NCBI RefSeq assembly: GCF_006345805.1
Contig: NC_043006.1
Location: 10,850,001 to 10,914,000 of the forward strand
Source: Octopus sinensis
Lineage: Eukaryota
Direction: 5' to 3'
DNA length: 64,000 nucleotides
Each line of letters begins with the position of its first letter. Position 1 is the stretch's first letter. The notes beneath the pieces were generated by a model. That model saw nothing but the letters and a program-made list of their open reading frames with translations, did not search any database and had not been told where the DNA came from. Positions 1-13,400 of this stretch are shown here, piece by piece. Position numbers and translations under genes: made by a program.

Positions 1-372
1 CTTCACAGTCTTTGCATTTTGCTCGTGTATAATTTATTCTTTTGCACTTTTATAGTTTTGCACTTTGCAACACTTGTATGAGATTCTGATGTAGCTTTTA
101 TCTGATAATCGCAATTGTATGCATGCGCTATGTTCATGCAGGTATTGGTGTGTAAGTATATGCGTACGTACCTTTATGTGTTCATCCGCATACACACACA
201 CATGCATATATGATATGTGTGTGCACACTTTATATGCATGCTTATAAATGCGTAATTGCAGGCATATTTGTGTATATACATGTATGTGTTTGTATTAGCG
301 TGTGAATGTGGTATAAATGGACTAAATTTATATATAGGAATATGAATGTGCATCTGAAGATATGCATAGAAT

Positions 373-443
<71 letters not shown>

Positions 444-618
444 TATATATATATATATATATATACATAGGTATACTTATACGTCTTTATATAAATTTGC
501 ATGTGTATGTGTTCATACGGATCATACACACACACACACACATATAAGCGCGTGTGAGCATGTGTATGTATGAGTGTATATATTTGTAGTTATGCCTCCT
601 ATCAGAAGATACTCCCTC

Positions 619-651
<33 letters not shown>

Positions 652-1103
652 ACACGATATACTAATACTGATATAGATCAGCAAGTAAAAATATATCCCT
701 GCCACTACCCGTTCATGAAAAAAGCTATCACATTAGAAGATTAATGGCGTTTATTTCGATGAAATTCGATAAAAATGTTCTTTGAAATTTAATTCTTGCC
801 TTAACAAACTGATTCCTGTCTCCTCCAAACTTCTCTGTCACCGTTACTTTTCTTATCGTGTCCAACCGCTCATTTAACATGTGCACACACCCCTTTCTCT
901 TCCCCGCCTACTTCTCTTACTTTATGCAGTTTCTTATTCATTGAGGTGTGTTTATATGTTTATATATATTTATGTATATACACTTAAATACTTTTGAGAA
1001 TTATCTTAGAATTGGATTTTTGCATCCTGTTTTTTTTTGTTCTTGTTCATGCACGTTTATTCCTCGATTTCATTCGTTATAGTTTCAATACTTCGTTTAC
1101 CTA

Positions 1104-1497
1104 ATCTTCTTCTTCTTCTTCTTCTTTTCTCTTCTTCTTCTTCTTCTTTTCTTCTTCTCCTCCTCCTCCTCCTCTTCTTCTTCTTCTTCTTCTTCTTCCC
1201 CTTCTTCTTCTTCCCCTTCTTCTTCTTCTTCTTCTTCTCCTTCTTCTTCTTCCCCTTCTTCTTCTTCCCCTTCTTTTCTTCTCTCTTCCTCTTCTTCTTC
1301 CTTCTTTTCCTTCTTCTTTTCTTTCATCTTCTTCTTCTTCCCCTTCTTCTTCTTTTTTCCCTTCTTCTTCTTTTCTTCTTCCTTTTTCTTCTTCTTCTTC
1401 TTCTTCTTCTTCTTCTTTTCCTTCTTCTTCTTCTTCTTCTTCTTCTTCTTCTTCTTCTTCTTCTTCTTCTTCTTCTTCTTCTTCTTCTTCTTCTTCT
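1104..1497 (+). repeat. About 395-bp (TTC)n/(CTT)n polypyrimidine tract
   Basis: Almost pure C/T on the plus strand; explains the poly-E/K and poly-L/F ORFs. Confidence 0.97.
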
Positions 1498-1616
1498 AAT
1501 GCTACTACTTTTCTTGTCTTTTTTGCTTTCGACGTCCTCACCACTATATTTTTTTCTTCCTCTTTGTCTCCTTAATCTCCTCCTCTAACTCTTTCACTTC
1601 TAATACTATTGAGGCT

Positions 1617-1980
1617 ATTAGCAGGCTGGGCGTAAAGGCCTAGCGGTATTTCGTCTGCGGTTACGTTCTGCGTTCAAATTCCGCCGAGGTCGACTTTGCC
1701 TTTCATCCTTTCGGGGTCGATTAAATAAGTACTAGTTACGCACAGGGGTCGATGTAATCGACTTAAATCCCTTTGTCTGTCCTTGTTTGTCCTCTCTGTG
1801 TTTAGCCCCTTGTGGGTAGTAAAGAAACAGGTATTTTGTCTGCCGCTACGTTCTGAGTTCAAATTCCACCGAGGTCGACTTTGCCTTTCATCCTTTCCGG
1901 GTCGATAAATTGAGTACTAGTTACGCACTGGGGTCGATCAAATCGAGTGGTTGCCTCCCCAAAGATTTGGGGCCTTGAAA
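1617..1980 (+). mobile_element. Two tandem partial SINE family A copies
   Basis: Both contain GTTCAAATTCC(G/A)CCGAGGTCGACTTTGCCTTTCATCCTTTC; junction near 1831. Confidence 0.85.
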
Positions 1981-2441
1981 TTGAGAGTGACTGTGAAATT
2001 AGATACTGAGTGTTAGTATTTCTCGCTTACAAACCATTTAGAGAAAAACAATACCATTGCCTCGCAAGTAACGGTGTTTTTCATATAGAATCTGTAACAA
2101 TTCATGAAAGAATAGTATTGAGACTATTTCTTCTGTCTTCACGTTCCTATTTCTTTGTTCTCCACATCCTCATATTTGCTTTATTGTAACTTATGTTTAC
2201 TCCCCTAACTTTTCATTTCTTTTTCTCGCTCCTACATTCGTTCTTCTTACTACCATCATTTCCCCTGCAAGATTTTCTTCACTCCGCCATCTTAGAGATC
2301 CAGCCAAGCTCTCTAATTGTCAAACAACAAAAATAAAAGCCATTCGGTTAAATCAAATTCCAGCTACAGCTATTCAATCGCTTGTGTGGAGAAAATAATA
2401 AACACCTGAGTACGACTCACGGATACTTTACCTTTGCTTAA

Positions 2442-2542
2442 ATGACATTCCACTGTTCTTCAGATAATTGCGCACTATTGCTTTTCATTGGTTTTTGCAC
2501 CTGCATGTACCAATAATCTTTCATATATACAAGCGTGACGAG
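2442..2542 (+). other. Speculative signal-peptide first exon of the GABA receptor gene, with an in-frame TAA
   Basis: ATG at 2442 reads [34 protein letters not shown]|GTATGT. The strong donor at 2543 is phase 2, which matches the acceptor at 27274. TAA at 2514-2516 interrupts the frame. Confidence 0.2.
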
Positions 2543-2687
2543 GTATGTTCCCATGACGGGATACGAAAGTTCAAGTCGCATGCACCGACTAAAACTGCTA
2601 TTAAATAATATATACATGTATGTGTATGTACATATATATATATATATATATATAGATATAAAATGTATGAATGTATATATATATATA

Positions 2688-2740
<53 letters not shown>

Positions 2741-2752
2741 TATACATACATA

Positions 2753-2783
<31 letters not shown>

Positions 2784-3531
2784 GTATAAATAAAGAGGGG
2801 AGTGAGTGAGGATACAGATGTATATTGACTGATAGATACATAGATAAATAGACAAAAATACATGTAGATAGACAGACAGAAAGATAGGTAGATAGATAGA
2901 TAGATAGATAGATATTGTTTCAGGTTTAACAGGGTCTATGATTCTAAATATATGGTTTACATATTTGGTACAATATCTTGATATGATTTCAACTTTGGTT
3001 GCATATTTTAAAGTAGGGGATGTTCTCGACCGCCGTAAATATTTTTTTTTCATTGATATTCCCCAAGTTCTATAAAATGTATTAACACTGCACCTATAGT
3101 TTATTTCCGGGACTAGGAATTTGAATTAAAAACTTACCAAGCTTCTCTCCTGTTTTTTTTTGGTTTTTTTTGTTATTTCTATTATTTTTACTTTTTAACA
3201 TTTTCTATTTTACAATCTATCAATGTCGTGATCTAAGCATCGCATGCTTTATATTATTTAATTCAAAGAATCGAAACTCACGTTCAACGCTAAAATTACT
3301 ACAGTTCAAAGAATCTTTTGAGTATGTGTAAATCGTACTGCAAAAATTTTGTTGTTCTTATTGTGATTCTCTGTCTTGGTGAAAGTCGGTAAGACTTTCA
3401 TTAACAGTCTCGTAGTATTACTGATGCATGAAGTTGAAATACTGGACTTTCTGAGAATACTACGGCAAGATCTGTTTTAATCGATATACGTCTATATTAT
3501 GATTAAAGTGCATCCAGTATTAAAGTGTATA

Positions 3532-3946
3532 GGCGCAGGAGTGACTGTGTGGTAAGTAGCTTGTTTACCAACCACATGGTTCCGGGTTCTGTCCCACTGC
3601 GTGGCACCTTGGGCAAGTGTCTTCTACTATAGCCTCGGGCTGACCAAAGCCTTGTGAGTGGATTTGGTAGACGGAAACTGAAAGAAGCCCGTCGTATATA
3701 TGTATATATATATGTGTGTGTGTGTGTGTTTGTGTGTCTGTGTTTGTCCCCCTAGCACTGCTTGACAACCGATGCTGGTGTGTTTATGTCCCCGTTACTT
3801 AGCGGTTCGGCAAAAAGAGACCGATAGAATAAGTACTGGGCTTACAAAAGAATAAGTCCCGGGGTCGAGTTGCTCGATTAAAGGCGGTGCTCCAGCATGG
3901 CCGCAGTCAAATGACTGAAACAAGTAAAAGAGAGTAAAAGAGAGTA
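3532..3946 (+). mobile_element. SINE family B (tRNA head, internal TA/TG microsatellite, LINE-like tail)
   Basis: GGCGCAGGAGTGACTGTGTGGTAAG...GGCGGTGCTCCAGCATGGCCGCAGTCAAATGACTGAAACAAGTAAAAGAG. Confidence 0.9.
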
Positions 3947-4692
3947 GGAAACAAACCCAGATTATGGACCTGGAGTAGTAAACGAAACAATGTAAAATCA
4001 CTATATATTTAAGAACCTCGTTTTTTTTTTTTTGTTCTTCCTTCGCAAGTTTTGACTATCTATATAACAGAATCTATAATTATTGACTAAAGGATTATGA
4101 ATAAATATAGATACAAAATAAAGGCAGTACAGTTGCATTTTTCTTCTTACTGCTATTGCGAACCCATATTAATGCAATGCAAAGAGAGTTGAGTTCCGCT
4201 ACATTTATCTCTAACGAAACATAATTCAACCCACTTCAAAATTCCAGTATTTCTTTTCTCTTTATTGTTGTTGCTGTTCTTCTTTATATCGTTTGTTATT
4301 ATAATATTTGTTGTTTTTAAACGATTAGCTTGACATCCGTCATTTCTTCGAGAGCAGGTCATAATTCTATGTAAAACTGTTTAACCTTTCAGTTGTGTTT
4401 GCTTCTTAGAACCACTTCTATCTCTACACCGTAGATTTGTGGAAAAAATCTAGGGTAAAATTAGTATAGCGTGTGAAGCTGCAAGTCTACTTTATCTATT
4501 ATCCATCTCGGAAACAGAGTTGAAACAATCGATCGAGCTACCGAAGGAAAAAGAAAAAAAAACATTAGATGTTTGATTACTAATGTGTAAGAGAAAAGTA
4601 CACGCCTGCACATTGGGAGTAGCTTCGGGGATAATAATATACTTGAAAACAACTATTGTAGTTGGCGAAGGGAAAAACATAAAAGAGGGAAA

Positions 4693-4786
4693 ATCGAATA
4701 TATTTTCTATCACAACACACATCATAATTTATTCTGAACCCTTAAAATGAAATAATATGCTAAATAGATAGATAGGTGGGTAGATG

Positions 4787-4854
<68 letters not shown>

Positions 4855-4937
4855 TCGAATGTATTTTCTATCACAACACACCTCATAATTTATTCTGAAC
4901 CCTTAAAATGAGATACTGTGCTAAATAGATAGATAGG

Positions 4938-4988
<51 letters not shown>

Positions 4989-4998
4989 GATAGATAGT

Positions 4999-5090
<92 letters not shown>
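4693..5090 (+). repeat. Tandem duplication (period about 161) of about 70 bp unique sequence plus (GATA)n
   Basis: ATCGAAT(A/G)TATTTTCTATCACAACACAC...GCTAAATAGATAG at 4693 and 4854. Confidence 0.9.
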
Positions 5091-5091
<1 letters not shown>

Positions 5092-5269
5092 GGAGGGAGG
5101 GGGAGGAAGAGAGAGAGAGAGAGGTAGATGAAGATATGCATGTATACCCTAATTTGTTTTAAATACTGTACTATATCACGTGAACTGAAAAACTAAATAA
5201 ACAAATCGCGTTTGCTTTGATTACATTGTTGCTTAATCTATGGACTAAGCATCACACATACACACATAT

Positions 5270-5535
5270 ATGTATATATATATATATATATGTATTACAT
5301 GTATATATGTATATGTATATATACATATATCTGTATGTATATATGCATGTGTGTGCATATATTATATACACACACAACACACACATATATATATTATATA
5401 TATCTATATATATATATATATATTATATTATATATATATATATGTAATATATATATAATATATATATATATATATGTATATATTATATATATATATATAT
5501 TGTATATATATATATGATACATATATATATATAAA

Positions 5536-5613
<78 letters not shown>

Positions 5614-5620
5614 GTATGTA
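5270..5620. repeat. Long (TA)n-rich microsatellite block, representative of dozens of TA, TG, GATA and TATG arrays across the window
   Basis: Direct reading. Similar blocks at 375-470, 2630-2790, 8030-8300, 17200-17420, 20960-21230, 56160-56320 and 59790-59930, among others. Confidence 0.97.
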
Positions 5621-5983
5621 TACCTAGCATTATTAAAATTAACATTCTGCCAACATGAATGACAAATAAAAAATCAAAGTTTCTAACATGAAATATTCTA
5701 TTACGTAAATATGTTTGCCGCTGGGAAATAATTTCGTATTGTTGCGTTGCTCATGAGCTGAAAATTCTGTTCTTCTTGACAGGTACGCCTTCATTACTAC
5801 TCTAAATGGCTTTCGTAAAAGCAGGAATATCATTACTAATTATCACATTCAGTGTTATCCTTGAGTGTGTATACTTGTATATATGTATGTATGTATGTAT
5901 ATAGATATATATGTGCGTGAGTGTGTGGATTTGTGTGTATGCTTGTTGACAGATAGAACGCATATATATACACACACACACAT

Positions 5984-6029
<46 letters not shown>

Positions 6030-6065
6030 CAAGAAATAATCATATATGTGTATGCTTGTATATAT

Positions 6066-6263
6066 GTATCTGTATATATAAAGGTGAGAATGTGTGTCTG
6101 TCAGTATGTATGTGTACATCACTAAAACTCGAGAACTACCCACGGATTTCATTCAAATTCAAACATGCCTTACTTAGGGTCCATGAAGTGTCATGGGCCA
6201 AAAAACAGTTTCAACTTTTGCCTAATCCAATCCCGGAGCAATCTCTTATCTTTTACATGTTTC

Positions 6264-6265
<2 letters not shown>
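6066..6265 (+). mobile_element. Non-autonomous Helitron 5' fragment
   Basis: ATCTGTATATATAAAGGTGAGAATGTGTGTCTGTC resembles the 5' end at 39382. A partial CCCGGAGCAA hairpin follows. Confidence 0.5.
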
Positions 6266-6337
<72 letters not shown>

Positions 6338-6339
<2 letters not shown>

Positions 6340-7915
6340 TTTCCAATGGCTATTATGAATCTATATCACTGTTCAACAAGGCTAAATACATAATCATTGT
6401 TGGTCTTTACAGGCCTCCCCAAGCACCTCTAAAGTGCTTTGAAGAGCGCCTCAACAAAATCAAGTCCGTTTTTCAAAAATACAACTCCGGAAACATACTA
6501 GTGGTGGGTGATTTTAACCTCCCTTATATAAACTGGCCTACAATTACTCTGAAGTGAGGCAAATGTTCTACATCAGTCAAAGCAGCAGCAGAATTACTCT
6601 TTAATCTAATGGATAAATTCTTTCTGACTCAGCAACTGCTCGAATCATGAAGACAGAATAAAACGATCTTGGATCTAATATTAACCAACCACTCTAGCTC
6701 TGTTCACAGTATCTCAGTTGAAAAAACTCTCCTCTCAGACTACATGATACTCTGCGATTTTAATTTCCGGCATATCAATGCCAAACCAGCCAATCCCACT
6801 CCACTGCACTTATTTGACAACATAGACTTCCAGAAAGCGGACTGCGGTGCAATCAGAAAGGATATGTCCTTCACTCTTAGTTCCACCCATATTGAGACCG
6901 CATGGCAGCACTTTGAGAACATTGTCACCTATACATGCTCTAAAACACGATCCTACGAAATCCACTAACACAAACAAAAACCAGCTCCCTAGAAAGAAAA
7001 CAAAAACACTCATCAGGTGCATCAACAGACTCAATTAAAAAATCAACAAATTAAAATACTCCCACACACAACATCCACATTCAACAACAATGAAAAGGCT
7101 GGAGTTGGAAAAACTTCATCTGCAGACCGACATGAAAATCTACATTATAAATCTATGAGCTGCAGAGGAACAGTGAGTAACCAAAAAAATCAAACAAAAC
7201 CCAAAAGTGTTCTATTCTTATGCATATAAGCATAGAACCACTGTCTCGCCCATTGGCCCATTGATCGACAGTACTGCTCTTTAGTGATCCCACTGATATT
7301 GACGTAAGGGAAGCGAAGGAAGTTCATTCCCAACATGAAATCTCGGATATGACCTTCACTGCTTCAGCAGCCATAAATGAGACCAAATACTATTCTGCTG
7401 TAGGCCCTGATAGATTCACTGCAAGTCTCCTGAAGAAATGTAGACACCAACTTGCAGTCCCTCTAACCAATTTCTTTAGACTCAGGTCATATACCGAAAC
7501 AGCTCCTATCCCAATCTGTCATCCCGGTTTTCAAACAGAGAAATAGATCCATCGCAGTCAACTATCACCTAATCTCATTCACCTCCCACATCATTACAAG
7601 GTTTGAATGAGTGGTAAGATCAAGGATAGCTGGCTTCCTAGAGATCCACTAATTCCAAAATGCAAATCAGCATGCCTTTCGCTGTGGCAGGGACTGTCTA
7701 ACCCAGCTCTTACACCACATTGAGGATATACTTAAAGCCTTGGGAGAGGTTCAAACTCTGATGTCATAGATCTTGACTTCGGTAAAGCCGTTCGACAGGG
7801 TTGACAATAATATCTTACTCTCAAAATTGGCAAATGTTGGAATCCGTGGAAAATTTCTTCCACTGGATTGAGTATTTCTTGGCGAATAGAACACAACATG
7901 TTGCGGTCGATGGAG
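6338..7915 (+). mobile_element. Decayed CR1-group LINE fragment (APE to RT), related to the 10481-14338 element
   Basis: IFSNGYYES...GLYRPPQ...VGDFNLPYINW, LDLILTN, EKTLLSD, SAVGPDRF and HVAVDGVHS, with many stops and frameshifts. Confidence 0.85.
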
Positions 7916-8021
7916 TTCACTCGGCCCGTGGCTATAGTAAAAGACACTTGCCCATGGTGCTACGCAGTGGGACGGAACCTGGAACTATATGGGTGGGAAG
8001 TAAGCTTCTTGATACAAAACC

Positions 8022-8022
<1 letters not shown>
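7915..8022 (-). mobile_element. SINE family B 5' fragment fused to the end of the LINE fragment
   Basis: Matches the reverse complement of the head at 3550-3640. Confidence 0.7.
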
Positions 8023-8083
<61 letters not shown>

Positions 8084-8105
8084 GCATATATAGATAGATA
8101 GATAG

Positions 8106-8143
<38 letters not shown>

Positions 8144-8144
8144 C

Positions 8145-8176
<32 letters not shown>

Positions 8177-8213
8177 GAAGATAGATAGATAGATAGCTAG
8201 ATATATAGATAGC

Positions 8214-8299
<86 letters not shown>

Positions 8300-8390
8300 T
8301 GCACACACACATACACAAATGTGTGTGTGTGTATCCATATAGACATACATATTCACGGAAAATAATGGCCGATTTTAATCGACGTCAATC

Positions 8391-8798
8391 GACATGTTAA
8401 TCGACGTGGTCCGGTTCTGCTCCACGAAGTCACTATGTTCTTGAAAAACTGGTCTATACATAGGTTTAATTATTCAAACTATGATCCCTGAACGGTTATA
8501 CATTTCTCTCACCGATTATCAAGGTCATTTATGCCACTTCGATATAAATCCAAAAGCTTTGATTCAAAGAAATACTTGAAATAAGTTTCGATCTGCGTTT
8601 TGGAACGGAAGGAATTTTGGCCTTAAAAATAGTGTCAAGATGCTTGAAAAAGGGATTGCCGATTGGTGTACAATCAAGGGAATATAGATGTGGCAAAATG
8701 TCGTATCCCCAAGTCAATGAGCTTCTGCTGCATCAATCCGGAAGAGTACGGTCGAGTGACCTCGTGGAGCAGAACCGGACCACGTCGATTAACATGTC
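8391..8798. repeat. 44-bp inverted repeat (1 mismatch) enclosing 320 bp
   Basis: GACATGTTAATCGACGTGGTCCGGTTCTGCTCCACGAAGTCACT at 8391-8434 and its reverse complement at 8755-8798. No TSD seen. Confidence 0.9.
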
Positions 8799-9039
8799 CA
8801 GGTCTCATTTTGATCAAGTAAGCAATCGTTTCTTCCGGTTGCTTACAGACACCAAGCATAGGAAACATTTCTCTGACACTTTGTCGTGGGTCTGTTTGAC
8901 TGATGCTTTCAAATGCTAATCATCAAGGGTGGATGAACGTGCTCTCATTCTCACTGCGGAATCTCTCAAACCGCCCTTTTTCGGTCCAATCACAAATAAA
9001 CCTTTCACCCCCATTGGAGGCTACTTGGGAAACATTATA

Positions 9040-9244
9040 TGGCAGAAACTTTAGCGCGCCGGGTGAAATGCTTATCGTTACGTTCTGAGTTCAAATTCCA
9101 CCGAGGTAGACTTTGCCTTTCATCCTTTCGGGGTCGATTAAATAAGTACCAGTTAATCACTGGGGTCGATGTAATCGACTTAATCCTCTTGTCTGTTCTT
9201 GTTTGTCTCCTCTATGTTTAGCCCCTTGTGGGCAATAAAGAAAT
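9040..9244 (+). mobile_element. SINE family A (tRNA-like head)
   Basis: A-box-like TGGCAGAA, B-box GAGTTCAAATTCC and the shared body ending AAAGAAATA. Confidence 0.85.
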
Positions 9245-10364
9245 AATTATGTGCAAGCTTGAATCCATGCAAAAAAAAAAGAAAAATAATAAATAAATAA
9301 ATAAATAAATAAATAAACGAATTTCTTCATTTTTCATGTTTTAAGGATCTCTGCTTGAAAATTATATTCTGAAAGAAATCAATAAAAATGTATTAAAGCC
9401 TACGCAGTAATTATTAAGCGTGTAAAATTTCGTCTAAAACTCTATAAAAATAACATCGTAAATCGAATAAGAGAAAATGTTTTCGAAAAATCGGACAGTA
9501 CTTTCCTTGTTTGCATGTGCTTTTATGTATGCGTGTGTGTGTGTAAGTGTGTCGGTGTGTCTGTGTGTATGTGTGTATGTGTGTGTGTGTGTGTTTGTGT
9601 GTGTACTTATTTTCTTTAATGACACGGTTTATCTAAATCTTTCTTTGATGTTAACTGGCATTTCCCCATTACTCGAGGAAGTAATATATTTTTTATATTT
9701 TGTTTATTATCATTACTAAAATTGTCTTTCAGGTTGTGATGACATTATGATGTTGCTATCCAGTCCTCTTTGCTAGCGTTTAATAACTGTTGAGGTGACA
9801 GCCGAATAATTTATTACAACATATGTCAGTCTAAGCCTCCGTAGAGACAAAGCACTTATTGGACAAATGCTGTAATATAATTAGCCACTCCCTTGTCTAT
9901 ATGTATACATGATTATTACTGCTAAACACGATAGCTGGTTAGCTGTATTTTAAATTAATCGTCTTCCCCCAACTCATATACTTTTGAAAAAGACTTTTCT
10001 TAATCTTAGTATGTTTTACTTGGAATTTGAAGTGAATTTTTTGCAAATCAATAGTTTTTGTCAACTGTTTAAAAGGCCTAGAGGACAAGACTACTTATGT
10101 TATTATGAAATGTAATGGATTAATAAACAAATAATTATTCTATAAAAATGCGCGTGGTATAGTTTGAAGAATATTTCCACTCTCTTCGTACTATTTTATA
10201 TGCTATCCATTATATAAATATTTTATATTTTATATTCTATTTTATATACTTATATTGTTAAATTTGATTTAATATTAAATTGAATTTTTCCCTGTAAGTT
10301 TGGAGTTATACTCCCTGATATTATATCTATCTATCTATCTGTCTATCTATATATCTATCTATCT

Positions 10365-10397
<33 letters not shown>

Positions 10398-10422
10398 ATA
10401 TCTATCTATCTATACATATATA

Positions 10423-10480
<58 letters not shown>

Positions 10481-10481
<1 letters not shown>

Positions 10482-13400
10482 CTTAGAATAACTTAGAAAG
10501 GTTTTGGCCAGTATTAGCCCAGGCCATGTCTAAGTTAATAGCACCACCTGGTGAAGTCTTTCAGTTCAGGATTTGGGCACCAAGGCCCATTCGAGCAGAG
10601 AGTTATTCTTTGCGGAGACATATCCGGGTGTGGGTGGTTTGTCCGGTACTGTTTGAAGGAATTTGTCCAAAGACTTCTTGAATTTTGTGTGGTCAGTTTC
10701 TTTTTTGACGTGCCCTGGTGTAATGTTGAAGAGAGCAGGTCCAATTGAGGTGAAATAGTTGTGCCGTATTGTCGTTATGTGATGCGATTTAGATTTTTGT
10801 TGTGGATGGATGGGACGTGGTCCAAGCCTTGGATGCATTTTGAAGGTGATGCCAACATCATTCGGACAGTGCTGGTGGAATATTTTCCACATCATACAGA
10901 TAATGTAGCGTTCACGGCGTCGTTGGAGTGAATACAATTTCAGCTTCTTTAGTCTACCCCAGTAGTCAAGGTCTGACATGCCATCTATCTTTTTGTGATT
11001 GACCTTTGGGGAGCTTCAATTCTCATAATATTTTGTTTTGTGTAGGGAGACCACAGTGGACAGCAGTATTCAAGGTGGGGTCGGGCAAAAGTGGAGAAGA
11101 GAAGGATAATAGCGTGGGAATCTCTCGACTGGAAGGTTCTGAGAATCCAGGAACACATTCTGCGGGCCATGTCAACTTTGGTGCTTATATGTGTAGCCCA
11201 GCTTATGTTGTTGTCCACTGTTACTCCCAGGTCTCTGATGTTGTTGGATGCCATGAGAATTTCTCCAGAAGGAAGAGAGTATGGGAGTTTCAGAGCGTCC
11301 TCCCTTCCAAAGTGGATCAGTTCGAATTTGTCTTCATTTAGCAACATGTTATTCTTTTCTGCCCATTGGACAACAGCCAGTAGGTCTGACTGAAGGTTTA
11401 TTCGATCATCCACGCCATTGATGACCTTCTGGAGATTGGAGTCATCAGCGAAGGTTCTGATGTTACTGTGTTTGATGGTATCAGTGATATCATTTATGTA
11501 GATGATGAAGAGAAGTGGGCCCAACACAGTGCCTTGTGGGACACCACTGCTGACTTTGGCTGGGCTGGATTTGACTCCTTCGACTACAACATGTTGGGTT
11601 CTGTTAGACAGGAAGCACTTGATCCACTGCAGCAACTTTCCAGTGACACCAATATTGGACAGCTTCTCAGAAGGATCTTATGATCAACCCTGTCAAAGGC
11701 CTTGCTGAAATCAAGGTAGATGACATCAGTGTTGGAACCTTCTCCCAAGGCTCTCAAAATGTCATCAAAATGATGCAGTAGCTGCGTCAGGCAATCTTTC
11801 CCATTACGGAATCCATGCTGGTTGGGGTTCAGCATATTATGACTCTCAAGGAAGTGAGTCATACGCGATCTCAGCACCCTCTCAAATACCTTGATGATAT
11901 GAGAGGTGAGTGAGATTGGACGGTAATTCACGGCAAGCGATTTGTTTCCTTTTTTGAAAACTGGGACAACAGACTGGGACAGAAGGTCCTCTGGTATATA
12001 TCCAGCATCCAGTGAGTTCCGCCACAGATTGGCTAGAGGGGGTGCAAGTTGGTTTTGACACATCTTCAAGACACAAGCAGGGAACCTATCGGGACCTACT
12101 GCTGAATTATGCTTCATTTCCTTTATCGCTGCTAAGACATCAGGAGCGCCAAATGTTATGTCCGATAAAGTGTATTGGGGAGTAACATCACTGATACAGC
12201 CCAGATCAGTCATATCAGGATTGCTGAAAACAGAGCAATATTGTTTCTGCAATATCTCTCCCATGGTTTTGGCATTGTCTTGAAGAGTACCATTTTCATC
12301 AATCAGAGGCCAACAGTAGAACCAGTGACTCTGTATTTTTTTGCAAATGAAAAGAACACTTTGGGATTGAGTTTGATCTTCTCAATGGCCCAGGCCTCTT
12401 CAGCTCTTCGCTGACTATTGATGATAGACATCATGTGTTTTGGAGTTATGTTTTTTAATCTCTAGCGACGAGATGGCAGTCAGGTTGGTGTGTTGCTGTT
12501 GACAGTATTTCAGCATGTTGATCTTTTTGTTGATTCTTTTAATTTTCCTTATGAGAGATTTTCTATTTCTAGGGATTCGACACTTAGATTTGTTTGCAGA
12601 TCTTAATGGGGTGTGTCTTGCACATATGTTCATGATGGTGTCTACAAGTGACTGCCAGGACTTTTTAATGTTAGTGGGTGTGTATGTGTGCGTGAAGGAC
12701 CAATCGACTTGTGCAAGATCATTATTGATCGCTTCCCAGTTTGCATTGTGGAAATCCATAGTGTCAAATGGATGAACAGGAGAGATGACATTTGTTTTGC
12801 ATTTTGGCCAGTGAAATCTCAGATCACAGAGAACCATGTCATGGTCGGAGAGTAGGGTTTTCTCCACTGCAATATTGTGGATAGTATCAGTGTGATTGCT
12901 GAAAATTAAGTCTAAGACGTTTTTGTGACATCTCGTTGGTTCGAGTACCAGTTGGGACAAGAAGAAGTCATCCATGAAGTCAAGAAGCGATTCCACTGCC
13001 TCCCTGTCAGGGGTTGAGAGAGAAGAACCTGGCGGCAGACTGTTGAAGGTTGAAGTCTCCCATCATTAAAATGTTGTCAGGTTGACACTGCTGAATGAAA
13101 CACTTTATGCTGTTGAGGCATTCCTTGAAGCATGGTAGGGGCGTTTGGGGTGGTCTGTAGAGCCCAACTACTGTTAAGTTGTTGGTTTGACTGAATACAG
13201 CGACTGCTTCGCAGTATCCATTCGAAAATATGTTCATGGCTTCTGTTGAGAATGAATCATGGACATAAATGGCAGTCCCACCGTTTCTTCTGCCAGCACG
13301 ATCAGCACGAATGGTTTTGAAATTTTTAACTTTCACCTCGGCTTCCAAGTGGAGGTCACTAAGATGGGTTTCAGTGAGGACGAAGAAAGGGATGTGGTTG

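Noticed and set aside
1037-1588. 183-aa poly-L/F ORF and 147-aa poly-E/K ORF
   Set aside because: Both are translations of the (TTC)n tract; no splice signals or domain.
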